Origin: Trypanosoma brucei
Lineage: Eukaryota
Direction: 5' to 3'
DNA: 64,000 nucleotides
NCBI GenBank assembly: GCA_000002445.1
Contig: CP000067.1
Coordinates: 1,376,001-1,440,000 of the forward strand
The notes under the pieces were generated by a model. That model was not told the origin of the DNA, did no database searches, and saw nothing but the letters and a program-made list of their open reading frames with translations. The position numbers were made by a program, and so were the translations under genes. The first letter of the stretch is position 1. Every line of letters begins with the position of its first letter. This document shows, piece by piece, positions 34,933 to 45,558 of this stretch.

Positions 34933-35912
34933 GGGGGATATGGCGACTCACACCCCCTCCGTTCCTGATCCTCTTAGGCCCTTTGAAGGGGAGGGGAATT
35001 CGTTCTCACGTTTGAACTTCTGATGCGATGATGGTGGCGCCGCGACCACCGGCAGTATTACCGATATTTATTCTTTTTTTTTTTACGCACCGAGATATGA
35101 CGACTCGACGCAAGTGCAGCAGGGAGCTGCAAAGTGAAGAACGCGCCCGTCGGCCTACCTGAGAATGAGCTTGACGGGCTGTTTGATTACCAGCCGTAGG
35201 GTGTGGAGAAAGACAATGGAAGAAAATAATAAGTGTGAAGAGAGTTACATCTAGGAAGGGTTAAAGAAAATGGACATCATACATTTGTTTTTATTACGAA
35301 CAGTATTATACCCACTCCACTCCAGTCTTTGTTCTTTCCCTCACTTCGCTGGATTCACAATCACAACTGTGAAACGACAGCGGCGTCATCAGGGAATGAG
35401 AAGGCCATAAAATGTAAGCGTAAAAAGACGCACAAAAACACAAACACGAGCAAACAATGCCCTCTTCACACCCAGAGTAAAGGGCTTTGCTTTTGTCGTG
35501 CGGTAGTCTGCGCCAAAGCCAAGTCTTTTTGTTGACTCTTACCTTTCTTCTCCCCATCATTCTTCCATTGTCAGGCATATGAAGCATCACTCCCATGTTT
35601 GTCCTTATCCCCTCTCCAACCCTCAAAAAATCGGATGGCACACCAATTAAACAGTAGAGTTGTGGTAGGGAAGGGAAACCGTGCATATACTGTGCACGTG
35701 GGGGGATGATGTCGGAATGTTTTCGTGGCACACACACACACACACAGGTGCGCGCAACTTATTCGCATTCATACTTCCGCATTCCTTGTTCCTTACCCGT
35801 AACTGTAAGCATGTTAGCAGCCAACCCTTGCTCCCGTTTCCTGTTTACTCTTGTACCGCTGGCGCTTCTTTTTCTCTTCCTTTCCCCGCTGCATGTCCGC
35901 AAGTCCTTTGAT

Positions 35913-36737
35913 TTAGGCAAGTGCATCATACCCATGTCTGTCAGATGTGCCAAGTGCCCTGGCTGCTTCAGCAGTTCCCGGCGCAAACACACGATCAACA
36001 TCAATTTCTCCACGAACCAACTGTGTTTCCAGTTGTAGCGCCTCTATGCGCTTTTCAATGCGCATCACACGGTGCGCTAAGTAAAACCCAACAGCAAGTA
36101 AACAAATGGTCACCACCCACGAACCAGCACCAAGAAACGCCGCAACAGCCGTCAGACACATGAAATCGAGACGAAACCACATGAGCTCCAGCCACTGCTT
36201 GCGACTGACTTCACTGTAGGAGGAGCAATGCCACACCCGCCCGGTGTATACGGAGACGGAGGCAACACCTGAGAAGGCTCCAATGTACTGTACGAAATAA
36301 GGGAAGTTGAAGCGGCACCAGCCAAATGCATTTGGAAAAAGCGCCTGGCAAACAGTAGCGAAAGGGCCAACCAAACCACATATAATCACCACAACGTGCA
36401 CCACATTTTCTGAACGACGAGGTGAGGCCGCTATCGACAGGCAGCCGACGTCTACTGTAGTCGGCGGCGCAGGGTCGATTTCTGGAGTCACTGACGAACC
36501 TTTTCCTTCATCCATGCGAAAGCGCCGCCGTTGGTATTCTAACATTTCCACTGCTGTCTGTTGCAGTGAGCTCACAACGAGCACGGGATCCAAATCGGGT
36601 GACTCTTCTGGGGAGCACTCATCCAACTCGAGATGGTCTTGCTTGAGTACGTTGAGGAGCCGCGCAAAGAAAAAATCCACCGCATAGAACACTATGAGCA
36701 CAACAGTTGACAGTAGAAAGGCGAACGAAAGTTCCAT
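35913..36737 (-). CDS. Hypothetical multi-pass membrane protein
   Basis: 274 aa with an ATG start. It has at least four hydrophobic helices (FAFLLSTVVLIVFYAV, VVHVVVIICGLVGPFATV, FMCLTAVAAFLGAGSWVVTICLLAVGFYL). I did not recognise a family. Confidence 0.5.
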   Translation of the reverse strand: MELSFAFLLSTVVLIVFYAVDFFFARLLNVLKQDHLELDECSPEESPDLDPVLVVSSLQQTAVEMLEYQRRRFRMDEGKGSSVTPEIDPAPPTTVDVGCLSIAASPRRSENVVHVVVIICGLVGPFATVCQALFPNAFGWCRFNFPYFVQYIGAFSGVASVSVYTGRVWHCSSYSEVSRKQWLELMWFRLDFMCLTAVAAFLGAGSWVVTICLLAVGFYLAHRVMRIEKRIEALQLETQLVRGEIDVDRVFAPGTAEAARALGTSDRHGYDALA

Positions 36738-37204
36738 ATGTCGTATCTTTTGTTATGCAGTCTGTGGCGAAAGCCCTCCGTCCGTTTATGTGTGTGCACA
36801 GGATTGCACTAACTGCCTCTCCACCTTTCGTGTGGTGTGACAGCTTTGTGCTTGTATCTGTGCACCCTACAGCCAAGACTGAGAGTACTGGTGCTGCTTT
36901 CCTTTGTATTTTTTTCTTTGAAAATCCTCAATTCGCTTTCCTGCACTTACACTTCGTAGCAACGTCCGACCGCCTAGTCTTCCGTTGTGACAACACAAAC
37001 CCCCACCTACTACCAAGGGCAAAAGTAACAGGTTAGAAGGAAAGGGAAAACATTACCAAAAAGCGTACGAAAGGGGGGGTGCCTTAAACAATGGGCAGTC
37101 CCCCATCATAACTATAACCAGGTCATGCTTGGTTGCACTCAAAGTCCGTTTCGTTACCGTCCTCCTGGCACTCAAAGCTTCATACGTTGCTCCCCCCTTT
37201 CTAT

Positions 37205-37846
37205 TCACAACAGTTCAACTTCGGCACCGTGGCCTTCCAGCAACACCTTCAGTTTTTCGGCATCTCCCCGGGGTAAAGCCGTGGCTACCATCCCTGGACA
37301 CCGCTCGACAGCCGCCTTTGCCTCCTGTAAAGCCAAACCTGTTACCGCCCGCAGCTCCTTAATAAGTTTTACCTTGCTTCCTGCGGGGTATCCCTTTAGG
37401 CTAACATCCACAGTGGCTTTCTCTACGACTTTCTTTACAACCGTGGCATCGGCAGTGGAACCATTACCGGCAGAACCATCAGCAGCGTCAGGAACTGTTG
37501 GAGTAGCCCCAACGACCCGTCCGCCTCCGCACGTGCCGGGTGCCAATCCCTGAAGCATCATTTCTTCACACGACACGGGAGCGGTGCCGGGTGGCCACGG
37601 CATGCTGTTGGATACTAGGTCATGAAATTTGCGCATTGTTTGCAAGTCCATGTTGACGTAAGCATCAGCTATAGCTTCAACAGTTTCAGCACTCTCCCGA
37701 AGCGGCATCAACGCCGTACCCCGAGGGGTAACACCACTGGGAACACCAATGCTAAATGAGCGACACACGCACGGGATTCCGTTGGTGACGCGCAAATTAC
37801 CCGAAACTCCCCTCATTGGAAACAAGATGGAGTGAAATCGCCGCAT
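37205..37846 (-). CDS. Mitochondrial ribosomal protein bL12 (L7/L12)
   Basis: 213 aa with an ATG start. The C-terminal domain KVKLIKELRAVTGLALQEAKAAVERCPGMVATALPRGDAEKLKVLLEGHGAEVELL aligns with bacterial L7/L12 [28 protein letters not shown]...AEEIKKKLEEAGAEVELK. The N-terminus is rich in Arg and Ser, as expected for a presequence. Confidence 0.8.
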   Translation of the reverse strand: MRRFHSILFPMRGVSGNLRVTNGIPCVCRSFSIGVPSGVTPRGTALMPLRESAETVEAIADAYVNMDLQTMRKFHDLVSNSMPWPPGTAPVSCEEMMLQGLAPGTCGGGRVVGATPTVPDAADGSAGNGSTADATVVKKVVEKATVDVSLKGYPAGSKVKLIKELRAVTGLALQEAKAAVERCPGMVATALPRGDAEKLKVLLEGHGAEVELL

Positions 37847-38370
37847 CCGACAGTCAGCTAAGCCTTCATACAGTGGTGCAGGTCACATGAGTGGGAGTAG
37901 AATTTGAAAACGACACAGCATCCCTTCCAGAAAAGGTAGGACACAAAAAATACTTGGAGGAAGTGAAATAACATAAAATAATTTTTTAAATTCTAGGCAT
38001 CAGCGAACTTTACACCCCCACGTGCGTACTGAACTTGTGGACAGTGAAAATGGAGGGTAGCAAACGGCTAAGCACCAATAGCCGTGAGCATACCACTAGC
38101 CACTCAAAAACAAACAATGTGTAAGGACGACGCCCCTTCAAAGTACCCCAAAGATGTGCAGTTGCCAAGGTGAAGGCCGGAAATGCATGGCACGGAAGGA
38201 GAACGGAGGCGCTCGTCCTGTTAATCACTATATATTTTCTAACCTTCCCATCCGGATGCTGTTAGAACGTTTACCTTCGTTTTTGGTTCTTCCTCACCCA
38301 CCACTGTTGGCCTCTCCAACTCGTCCTTTGCCGTTTCTCGCGGGTGAAATTCACGTGATGCCCACGCCGC

Positions 38371-40314
38371 TCAGGAGAGATTGCTCAACTTCTCCTCAAC
38401 GGAACTTGTCAGTGGCATCCCGTGGGCCATTACCGGTGCTGTCGCTGCAGAGTGCTGCGCTCCTGCGGGAAGCGCTCGATCTGCACGTGCTGACCGCCGC
38501 GTATTGCGCTGCAGGTACGGGTCCTGACTGAGTTGCATCACGTCGTAGCGGTCCGCAGGGTGGTATTCGAGGCACTTTTGTATTAAATCTTTTGCCTCCT
38601 GCGAGACACGCGGGGTGTCGGGAAACGTTAAGGTGTGTGCAGAAGAAACAATGAGTTTGTTTTGCCATATTTGTTGCTGTGACTCGCCCTCGGCGAATGG
38701 ACGGCGACCAAATAGCATCTGATAGAATATAACACCGCACGACCACACGTCAACTTTGTTACTGATCCGAGGAGTTGCTGTGGTATCGAAGCATTCGGGC
38801 GGAAGATACCAATATGTTCCCGCCCCCTGTGACGTCAGTTCTATGGTTGGATTGTCGTTTGTCCCGTCTCGCTTCGGGATGAGCTTACTGAGACCAAAGT
38901 CCGTTATTTTGATTAGCAAACTGCTTTGGTTACTAGAATGGAAAAGGATATTCGCTGGCTTAAGATCGTAGTGGATGACCGGCTGATCCTGTGCTGCGAA
39001 ATAGCGCAACGCACTGACTACTTGCATAATGATTAACCGCGCCTCCACCTCACGGAGGGTGCCACAACGCTTCAGATGCGTGTCAAGATCGGTCCCCGCG
39101 CTAAATTCCATGACCGATACGAACGTTGCCGTGCCGTGGTCGAAGGCATCGAAGAGCCGTGTAAGGTGCGGGTGTTCCAGCATTCGCATAATTTTTAGCT
39201 CACGAACCGCACGGTCCCGGTAGTGTTGTCGCACCTGTTGTGACCATTCCCTCTGTACGCGATGGACTTTGCACGCAACGTACCGCGCCTCCTGCAAGTC
39301 AAAGGCTTTCCACACCTCAGAGAAGCCTCCTTTGCCGAGCAGATGCATCATTACATATCGACCATTGTGACCGAGAGCTGGCACAGCCACGAAGGCAGAG
39401 GCATCTTCGTCATTTACGCGACGGATCTCCTTAAGAAACACTTTTTTCTCGTGATTTAAGTCTTGTTGCTGCTGTTTTAGCGACTGGATGGCGCTACCCA
39501 AGGCTGCAAACTCTGCGGTGTACAGCAGAGCTGCCTCCTGCGCCTCCATCAGTGCCGCTTGAACTTCCGGTGCCATCGAGTCCTCGTCGTTGCTCCTCAG
39601 TATCTGCCGCGCCCGCCTTTCAGCCGTTTTTTTGAGCTCCTCCACTTCATCACGGCGTACACTAAGCTCCTCAAGCTGCATGGTGAGCTGCCTCATCTTG
39701 TTGCCCTCGACCCACACTTCGCGCCCGTTACTATGCCACACTGCTATCTGTCCAAGCTCAAAATGCTTCAAATGTAAGGCACGTCTGGCATCGCATCTCC
39801 CTTGACGGGCCGCTCGCAACATTTCCTGACGAAGAACAACCTGGTAGCGGTTATTACGGTCCATTACCTCCTGTAGTTGTGCCTGCGTGTTGATAAGAGT
39901 TGTCTCCCTTTCGGACATCCGCGTCTCCACGGCTGCCAGTTTCTCGCGAAGCTCATCGATCTGCGCGTCTCTGTCAGCGAGCTCTTTGCGGAATACCGCA
40001 GTGTCGTTCACCAATCCATATGAAGGTAGCGTCGCCTGCTTTAATTTACGTTCAGACGGGTGAGTGCCTCCGGGACTGTTTCCGCTGTTGCCACCGCTGA
40101 TGCTAACAGCAGTTGGACCACTCACATATTCGTACATGCACGCGCTGTCACCTGGGATCTCAGGAGATAACCTCGATGCTGAGTTGGATCTCGCACCTTT
40201 CGACTCCCAGTACGACTCACTCAGTCGCTGCTCTTCGACTGACTCCGCGGCTTCGGCACCCGGAGGCGCCTCGCGTGACCGCTTGCGTTGGGGGTTAACC
40301 TCAATGTTTTTCAT
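38371..40314 (-). CDS. TLK: Tousled-like protein kinase (TLK)
   Basis: About 648 aa. The ATG (MKNIEV) is the first Met after the GTG track start. A coiled-coil N-terminal half is followed by a kinase domain that tracks human TLK closely. [32 protein letters not shown] matches [93 protein letters not shown] and [17 protein letters not shown] all match as well. Confidence 0.85.
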   Translation of the reverse strand: [647 protein letters not shown]

Positions 40315-40710
40315 GTTTGTTGATCGGTCGTCACACACCTGTGTGTTATGACGTAAAGGAAAAGCTACGAAGAATCAGAAGAGTAGTGCAGAACCACGAA
40401 TACAGCACAAAAATAAATGCAGATGGGGTTGTAACAGAGGTAAAGCAGTTTACCCTGGTTACATCAGCTACAGATTTAGTTGTCGATGATATATGTATTT
40501 TTGCACAAGTGTAAACTATGGGAAAAGGTATGTTCGGTGGAAAAAAAAATAAGTCGTATTATAGTAAAACGATAAAAAACCTTCTGTGCAATTGACTAAC
40601 AGACCTATATACTCCGTCAGAGCGTTTGCCTATCCTGTGGATAGAAAGGTCCTTCTCCTATCTGGAGACGGGGGATAAGGGAAATCATAAATCATGTCGT
40701 GGTCGTTTAA

Positions 40711-41160
40711 TTACTTTAGCACACGCTCCACCACCCAGCTCCCCTCATCGTAAAATAATACAAGGATGAACGGGTCCACCAGTGGTAAAACGTTACTCTG
40801 CACACACACCATACAGTTCTGCAGAACCAACAGTTTCTCTACCGGGGAATAAAAGGAGTAATTCCCCTTGCAGGAACACAATACCCAGTCTGTCATCTCC
40901 CGCACTGCTATCTCTTCCATACATGGGATAGGTTCCGTGAACTCTAGAGTAACCTTGAAGACACATTCATTGTTGAAGTTCACCCGATCCATCGTCCGGC
41001 CCCGCACCAATTGAGGGTCGTCGATAAACGCTAAAGAGTCGACTGGAACAAGGCGCCGTTCCCCATCTTTGGTATGGATAAGCATGTTTAGGTGCCCGCG
41101 CTTTATGAAGGCAAGATCCGGTGAAGTCTCCACTCCGCGTCCGCTATGTCTTTTTGTCAT
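40711..41160 (-). CDS. Conserved hypothetical protein of about 149 aa
   Basis: The ORF-track start is TTG, and the first ATG gives MTKRHSGRGVETSPDLAFIKRGHLNMLIHTKDGERRLVPVD.... It lies on the PTU strand between the TLK and the nucleoporin. I could not assign a family; I considered Mago nashi, sedlin and roadblock, and none fit. Confidence 0.4.
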   Translation of the reverse strand: MTKRHSGRGVETSPDLAFIKRGHLNMLIHTKDGERRLVPVDSLAFIDDPQLVRGRTMDRVNFNNECVFKVTLEFTEPIPCMEEIAVREMTDWVLCSCKGNYSFYSPVEKLLVLQNCMVCVQSNVLPLVDPFILVLFYDEGSWVVERVLK

Positions 41161-42432
41161 AGCTCGTTGCTTATTATATATTTTGCCTCTACCTTTCTTT
41201 CTTATGCGTATCTGATGCGCCACCCAACAGCTGCTGACTCCCTCCTCCGGTGCTAAGAGAAAATAAAATTTGTCTGAAGCAAAAGATATACTTTCTCTCT
41301 CCGGGACACCTCCCCCAGACTCAGCAGGAAAAAAAAGTGACCCGGTACAAGTAGCAAACAAACTTAACAAAGTGTCGAGGCCCGAAATCAAGTGAAAAAC
41401 GAAGTATCAGGGAACGGAAGTAATGCATGAACAATCATATTAGCAACAGTGAAAGTACCACCTGGATAGCACACGGATAGCAAGCAATGAGGTTCAGTTC
41501 CAACTGATGTTGTCATACTTGAAGGGCAGCATGATATTCATCTTTGGCAGACCCATGCATATGCTCTTGCCTCCATTGACCCGGGCACGTTCGCGAAAGA
41601 CAAATTTTTATACCGGATGAGGGCAAGAGGTTTGGCCCTTTCCCCAGCAGAAGGAACGCAAACCCAAATATCCGCTGGTGTTGCACTTCCTACAACCCAG
41701 CATCAATGGACACAGAAACGGCCCTGATGTTTGTTGTTGGAGCGCACCGCTCTACATCCCGTTGTCCAATGGACGTAAAAGGGGCTATGACTCTGAAACC
41801 GAAAATTACACGTAGAGGAACTCGTTCTTGTGAAGGTGCATCCTCTGAACTAAACATCTGGTGATCACTACAAAGTGGTGACAATAACCACACACACGCA
41901 CACCACAATTGCCTCAAGGAAATCTACACGTGTTCCCTTCGTCTTCGCTATTAGTAGTAATCAATACACCCCGAAGTTGCAGGAGTTTCATGTAGAGTGT
42001 GATAATTGCTTTTGACGAACTCCCACGGCACGCGTTCACTGTTGCTTCTACAGCCAACGCTTCGCACGAGACCTCATGGCGTTCCTGATCAAAACCGAAC
42101 ATTTATGGTGACAGCAGCACACCGCCTCCACGTTGCAGAAGGAAGTCACCAGAAACCGTGCATCCAAGAACTTGAAGTTTCACAAGGTGGGAGGCATATC
42201 TGTGTTTAGTTCTTCAAAAAATACGTAAGAGAAAGGGACAAACAAGAAGAGCCAATTGTGGGAAATAGTGCTACAACAGTTTAGACCATTTGGAAACTGA
42301 GGCACCAACAGAACCACCCTAGAACAGATGAGAAGGGGGCAATATGGATATTAATGCGCACCACCACACACAAAAAAGGGGAGGATGCCTTCACACGCAT
42401 GCCACCGTATTCGCCTTCTCTATCACCACCTC

Positions 42433-44358
42433 TCAGGAGGAAGCGACGCGTTGGTAGATGGCCCGCATATCTGCTGCATCACGTTCCAACAATTCGCTTA
42501 GACCCTCCACACACTGTTGTATGCGCTCTGCAAATCGCGCCCAGTCCCTCAACAGGGCCTGATCTACACGGTTATTCCGCAGGGTACCAACACCTTCTGA
42601 AGGTGTGCAAATGGCGCCCTCTGATCCACCCACCGAATTCCTGCGAAGGAAAGATGTGATAGTTGAAGACTCCGCGTCCAGGAACGGCTGCAATTCTGTC
42701 AACGCCGTCTTGTACATACCTGGTGCCGAGAGTTGGGCACTAAGGGTACTAGCTATGCCGCCCATGCGACTTTCTTCTGCAAGTGGCAGACCCAACTGTC
42801 GCAGAGTCTCTACCTTCATTAACAACGAGTACCAACGGCGCTGAAGCATTGCTTGCTCCTGCTGCAGTTCACGATACTGCGCTGCATTAGCTTCATCAAG
42901 TTCACGGAAGTGGTCAGCTTTCGTTGCAAGCGAATCCACATGCCTTGACATCGCTTCCAGTATCTCTTTCTGCTTCTCTACGCGGTTCTTCAGCTCCTGC
43001 ATGAAGTGCACTCTCGTTGGGTACAAGTGGACGGGATCGGGGTTACGCTGTTGAGCCCGTAGGAGGTCCTCTTCCTTACATTCGCCACCAGCCGCCGCAT
43101 AAATAAGCCGTTCCCGCTCAACCGCCATGATGGATTGCCCAGGTGCACAGACATTGTAAAGAAAGGACCGAAAGCGGCAATTAGGATGCATGGCATTGTA
43201 AGCATGATCAATTTCCAACAGGTAGCGACCCACGGCACTTTGGCAATTGATAACCTGTTGTTGAGAGGCGCCTACCGCATTGGGGCGGGACTCAGCACCA
43301 GCCGCTGTTGAACCAAAAAATGAAACACTTGCGGTTCCAAACCCACCTGCAGTGTTCGGACCAGCTCCGAACCCCCCAGATCCCAAACCACCGGCGGTGT
43401 TGAACCCACTACCAAATCCTCCAGTTGTGGCGGTATTGGCTCCTGCACCAAATCCTCCAGTTGTGACAGTGTTGGCTCCTGCACCAAATCCTCCAGTTGT
43501 GGCGGTGTTGGCTCCTGCACCAAATCCTCCAGTTGTGGCGGTATTGGCTCCTGCACCAAATCCTCCAGTTGTGGCGGTGTTGGCTCCTGCACCAAATCCT
43601 CCAGTTGTGGCGGTATTGGCTCCTGCACCAAATCCTCCAGTTGTGACAGTGTTGGCTCCTGCACCAAATCCTCCAGTTGTGGCGGTGTTGGCTCCTGCAC
43701 CAAATCCTCCAGTTGTGACAGTGTTGGCTCCTGCACCAAATCCTCCAGTTGTGGCGGTATTGGCTCCTGCACCAAATCCTCCAGTTGTGGCGGTGTTGGC
43801 TCCTGCACCAAATCCTCCAGTTGTGACAGTGTTGGCTCCTGCACCAAATCCTCCAGTTGTGGCGGTGTTGGCTCCTGCACCAAATCCTCCAGTTGTGGCG
43901 GTGTTGGCTCCTGCACCAAATCCTCCAGTTGTGGCGGTATTGGCTCCTGCACCAAATCCTCCAGTTGTGGCGGTGTTGGCTCCTGCACCAAATCCTCCAG
44001 TTGTGGCGGTGTTGGCTCCTGCACCAAATCCTCCAGTTGTGGCGGTATTGGCTCCTGCACCAAATCCTCCAGTTGTGACAGTGTTGGCTCCTGCACCAAA
44101 TCCTCCAGTTGTGGCGGTGTTGGCTCCTGCACCAAATCCTCCAGTTGTGACAGTGTTGGCTCCTGCACCAAATCCTCCAGTTGTGGCGGTATTGGCTCCT
44201 GCACCAAATCCTCCAGTTGTGGCGGTGTTGGCTCCTGCACCAAATCCTCCAGTTGTGGCGGTGTTGAATCCACTACCGAACCCTCCTGCCGTTGAGCAGG
44301 CCGGAGCGCCAAAACCACCAGGCGCACCACGACCAAAGCCTGATCCCAGCACACTCAT
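42433..44358 (-). CDS. NUP62: FG-repeat nucleoporin with an Nsp1/Nup62-type C-terminal coiled-coil domain
   Basis: About 641 aa starting at the ATG MSVLGSGFGRG. Roughly 25 perfect 12-aa repeats GGFGAGANT(A/V)TT (36 nt) follow. The C-terminal ~270 aa is a heptad-rich domain (LLRAQQRNPDPV...ELKNRVEKQKEILEAMSRHVDSLATKADHFRELDE...). Its position next to a TLK matches my recollection that T. brucei TbNup62 sits beside TLK1, but I could not verify this. Confidence 0.8.
   Translation of the reverse strand: MSVLGSGFGRGAPGGFGAPACSTAGGFGSGFNTATTGGFGAGANTATTGGFGAGANTATTGGFGAGANTVTTGGFGAGANTATTGGFGAGANTVTTGGFGAGANTATTGGFGAGANTATTGGFGAGANTATTGGFGAGANTATTGGFGAGANTATTGGFGAGANTATTGGFGAGANTVTTGGFGAGANTATTGGFGAGANTATTGGFGAGANTVTTGGFGAGANTATTGGFGAGANTVTTGGFGAGANTATTGGFGAGANTATTGGFGAGANTATTGGFGAGANTATTGGFGAGANTVTTGGFGAGANTATTGGFGSGFNTAGGLGSGGFGAGPNTAGGFGTASVSFFGSTAAGAESRPNAVGASQQQVINCQSAVGRYLLEIDHAYNAMHPNCRFRSFLYNVCAPGQSIMAVERERLIYAAAGGECKEEDLLRAQQRNPDPVHLYPTRVHFMQELKNRVEKQKEILEAMSRHVDSLATKADHFRELDEANAAQYRELQQEQAMLQRRWYSLLMKVETLRQLGLPLAEESRMGGIASTLSAQLSAPGMYKTALTELQPFLDAESSTITSFLRRNSVGGSEGAICTPSEGVGTLRNNRVDQALLRDWARFAERIQQCVEGLSELLERDAADMRAIYQRVASS
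43380..44260. repeat. 36-nt tandem repeats, about 25 copies, encoding the FG motif GGFGAGANT(A/V)TT of the nucleoporin.
   Basis: Repeated ccaaatcctccagttgtg(g/a)c(g/a)gt(a/g)ttggctcctgca units. Long antisense ORFs at 43272-44354 (-) and 43280-44467 (+) are repeat artefacts. Confidence 0.9.
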
Positions 44359-44656
44359 AGACTTTCCTTTCCTTTTTTCCTTAACTTTAAACCATACAAA
44401 TAACAATAGAGAAAGAGTTCTTCACAGCGATAATAGCAATACCCATTTGATCCGTCGCATGATCTAGTATTCTAGGGAAAACACAAGTTTCTGCCACCTC
44501 ACAACTTTCATGCCAACTGAGAACAGCAAAATTCACAAATTTCGAACATAGGTAACATCGCAGTCGTCGCTTTCCTCCCGCCGTCTTTTTATCAGCTCTT
44601 GTATCCAGGAGTCGGGCTGTCATACGACACTAAAGTGGCCTTTCCTTGCTTCGCGC

Positions 44657-44911
44657 TCACTCTTCCTTTTTCAGAAGCTGCGCTCTACGCGCCGGTGGCT
44701 GGCGGTCAATGGCATATTCCTGTATGGCCGCGAGGGGATCCTCAGGCTTGTGAATGAGCAGGTGTTGCAGTATGTCGTGTAGGACCAATGTTATCTCGGG
44801 ATGTCTAGAGATGTACTGCTTGTTGTTGGTGTTAAGTTGTTGTGCGTGCTTCTCAATCCGCACGCGGCTCTCGTAGTCGAAAAATTCCTTCTTGCGAACA
44901 GAGTCACTCAT
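44657..44911 (-). CDS. DPY-30/RIIa-like dimerisation-docking motif protein of about 84 aa
   Basis: The ATG is at MSDSVRKK; the track start is GTG. The C-terminal part reads KQYISRHPEITLVLHDILQHLLIHKPEDPLAAIQEYAI. This matches the Dpy-30 motif (YL...V.PiL..GL..L...RP.DPi.fLA.YL). Confidence 0.5.
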   Translation of the reverse strand: MSDSVRKKEFFDYESRVRIEKHAQQLNTNNKQYISRHPEITLVLHDILQHLLIHKPEDPLAAIQEYAIDRQPPARRAQLLKKEE

Positions 44912-45558
44912 TTTCTCTCTATTTTGGTACCGAACACGAAGTGGGTATACGAGCACCGCTAACAGCACACGGAAGAGTCCAGAAAAAGGAAGGACTCGGG
45001 TCTACTTTTTGGAGCCGCTTTGAAAAATTTCTTCCGCAAAGAAAGGATAAGGGTTGATTTGTCCGAAATATCAGTGGTTTAGAAACTGGGGGAGGGGTCG
45101 CTAAGGCAGGAGTGGGAGTGGGAGTGTGGAGGAGAGTAGGGAGTAAACGAATAGCACCAAGAGGCGCCCTCGCGCAGATGTGTTCTTCAACAAATATGCG
45201 ATGAACACATACTTAAACACAATGCAGTGAACAATAATCTGAAGATTTCGAGGAAACTCTAAAATATTCTCCGCATCCCCTAAAAATTACCCACCGTGTG
45301 GTGACCAAATTATCTCATTTCTTCCGACATCAGTTTACACTCCGAAGCTAAGCACGCACGTGCGTCCCCCCCTCGTATAGAAAAAAAACCTAAATATATA
45401 TATATATATATATGTCTGTTGGCCCCTCCCCGGTATATTCCCCAGCTTTACCACTTTTCAGAAATCTTCGCTTGTATTTCCTTCCCCTTATCAATGACAG
45501 TAAGAGACCGAAAGATCAGGGGTTCAGAAACCATTTGAGCGTCTCAAACGGCGGAAAG

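Noticed and set aside
43272-44467. 360-aa minus-strand ORF (LEDLVQEPTPPQ repeats) and 395-aa + strand ORF (PAPNPPVVAVLA repeats).
   Set aside because: They are alternate-frame or antisense artefacts of the 36-nt FG repeats in the nucleoporin gene.
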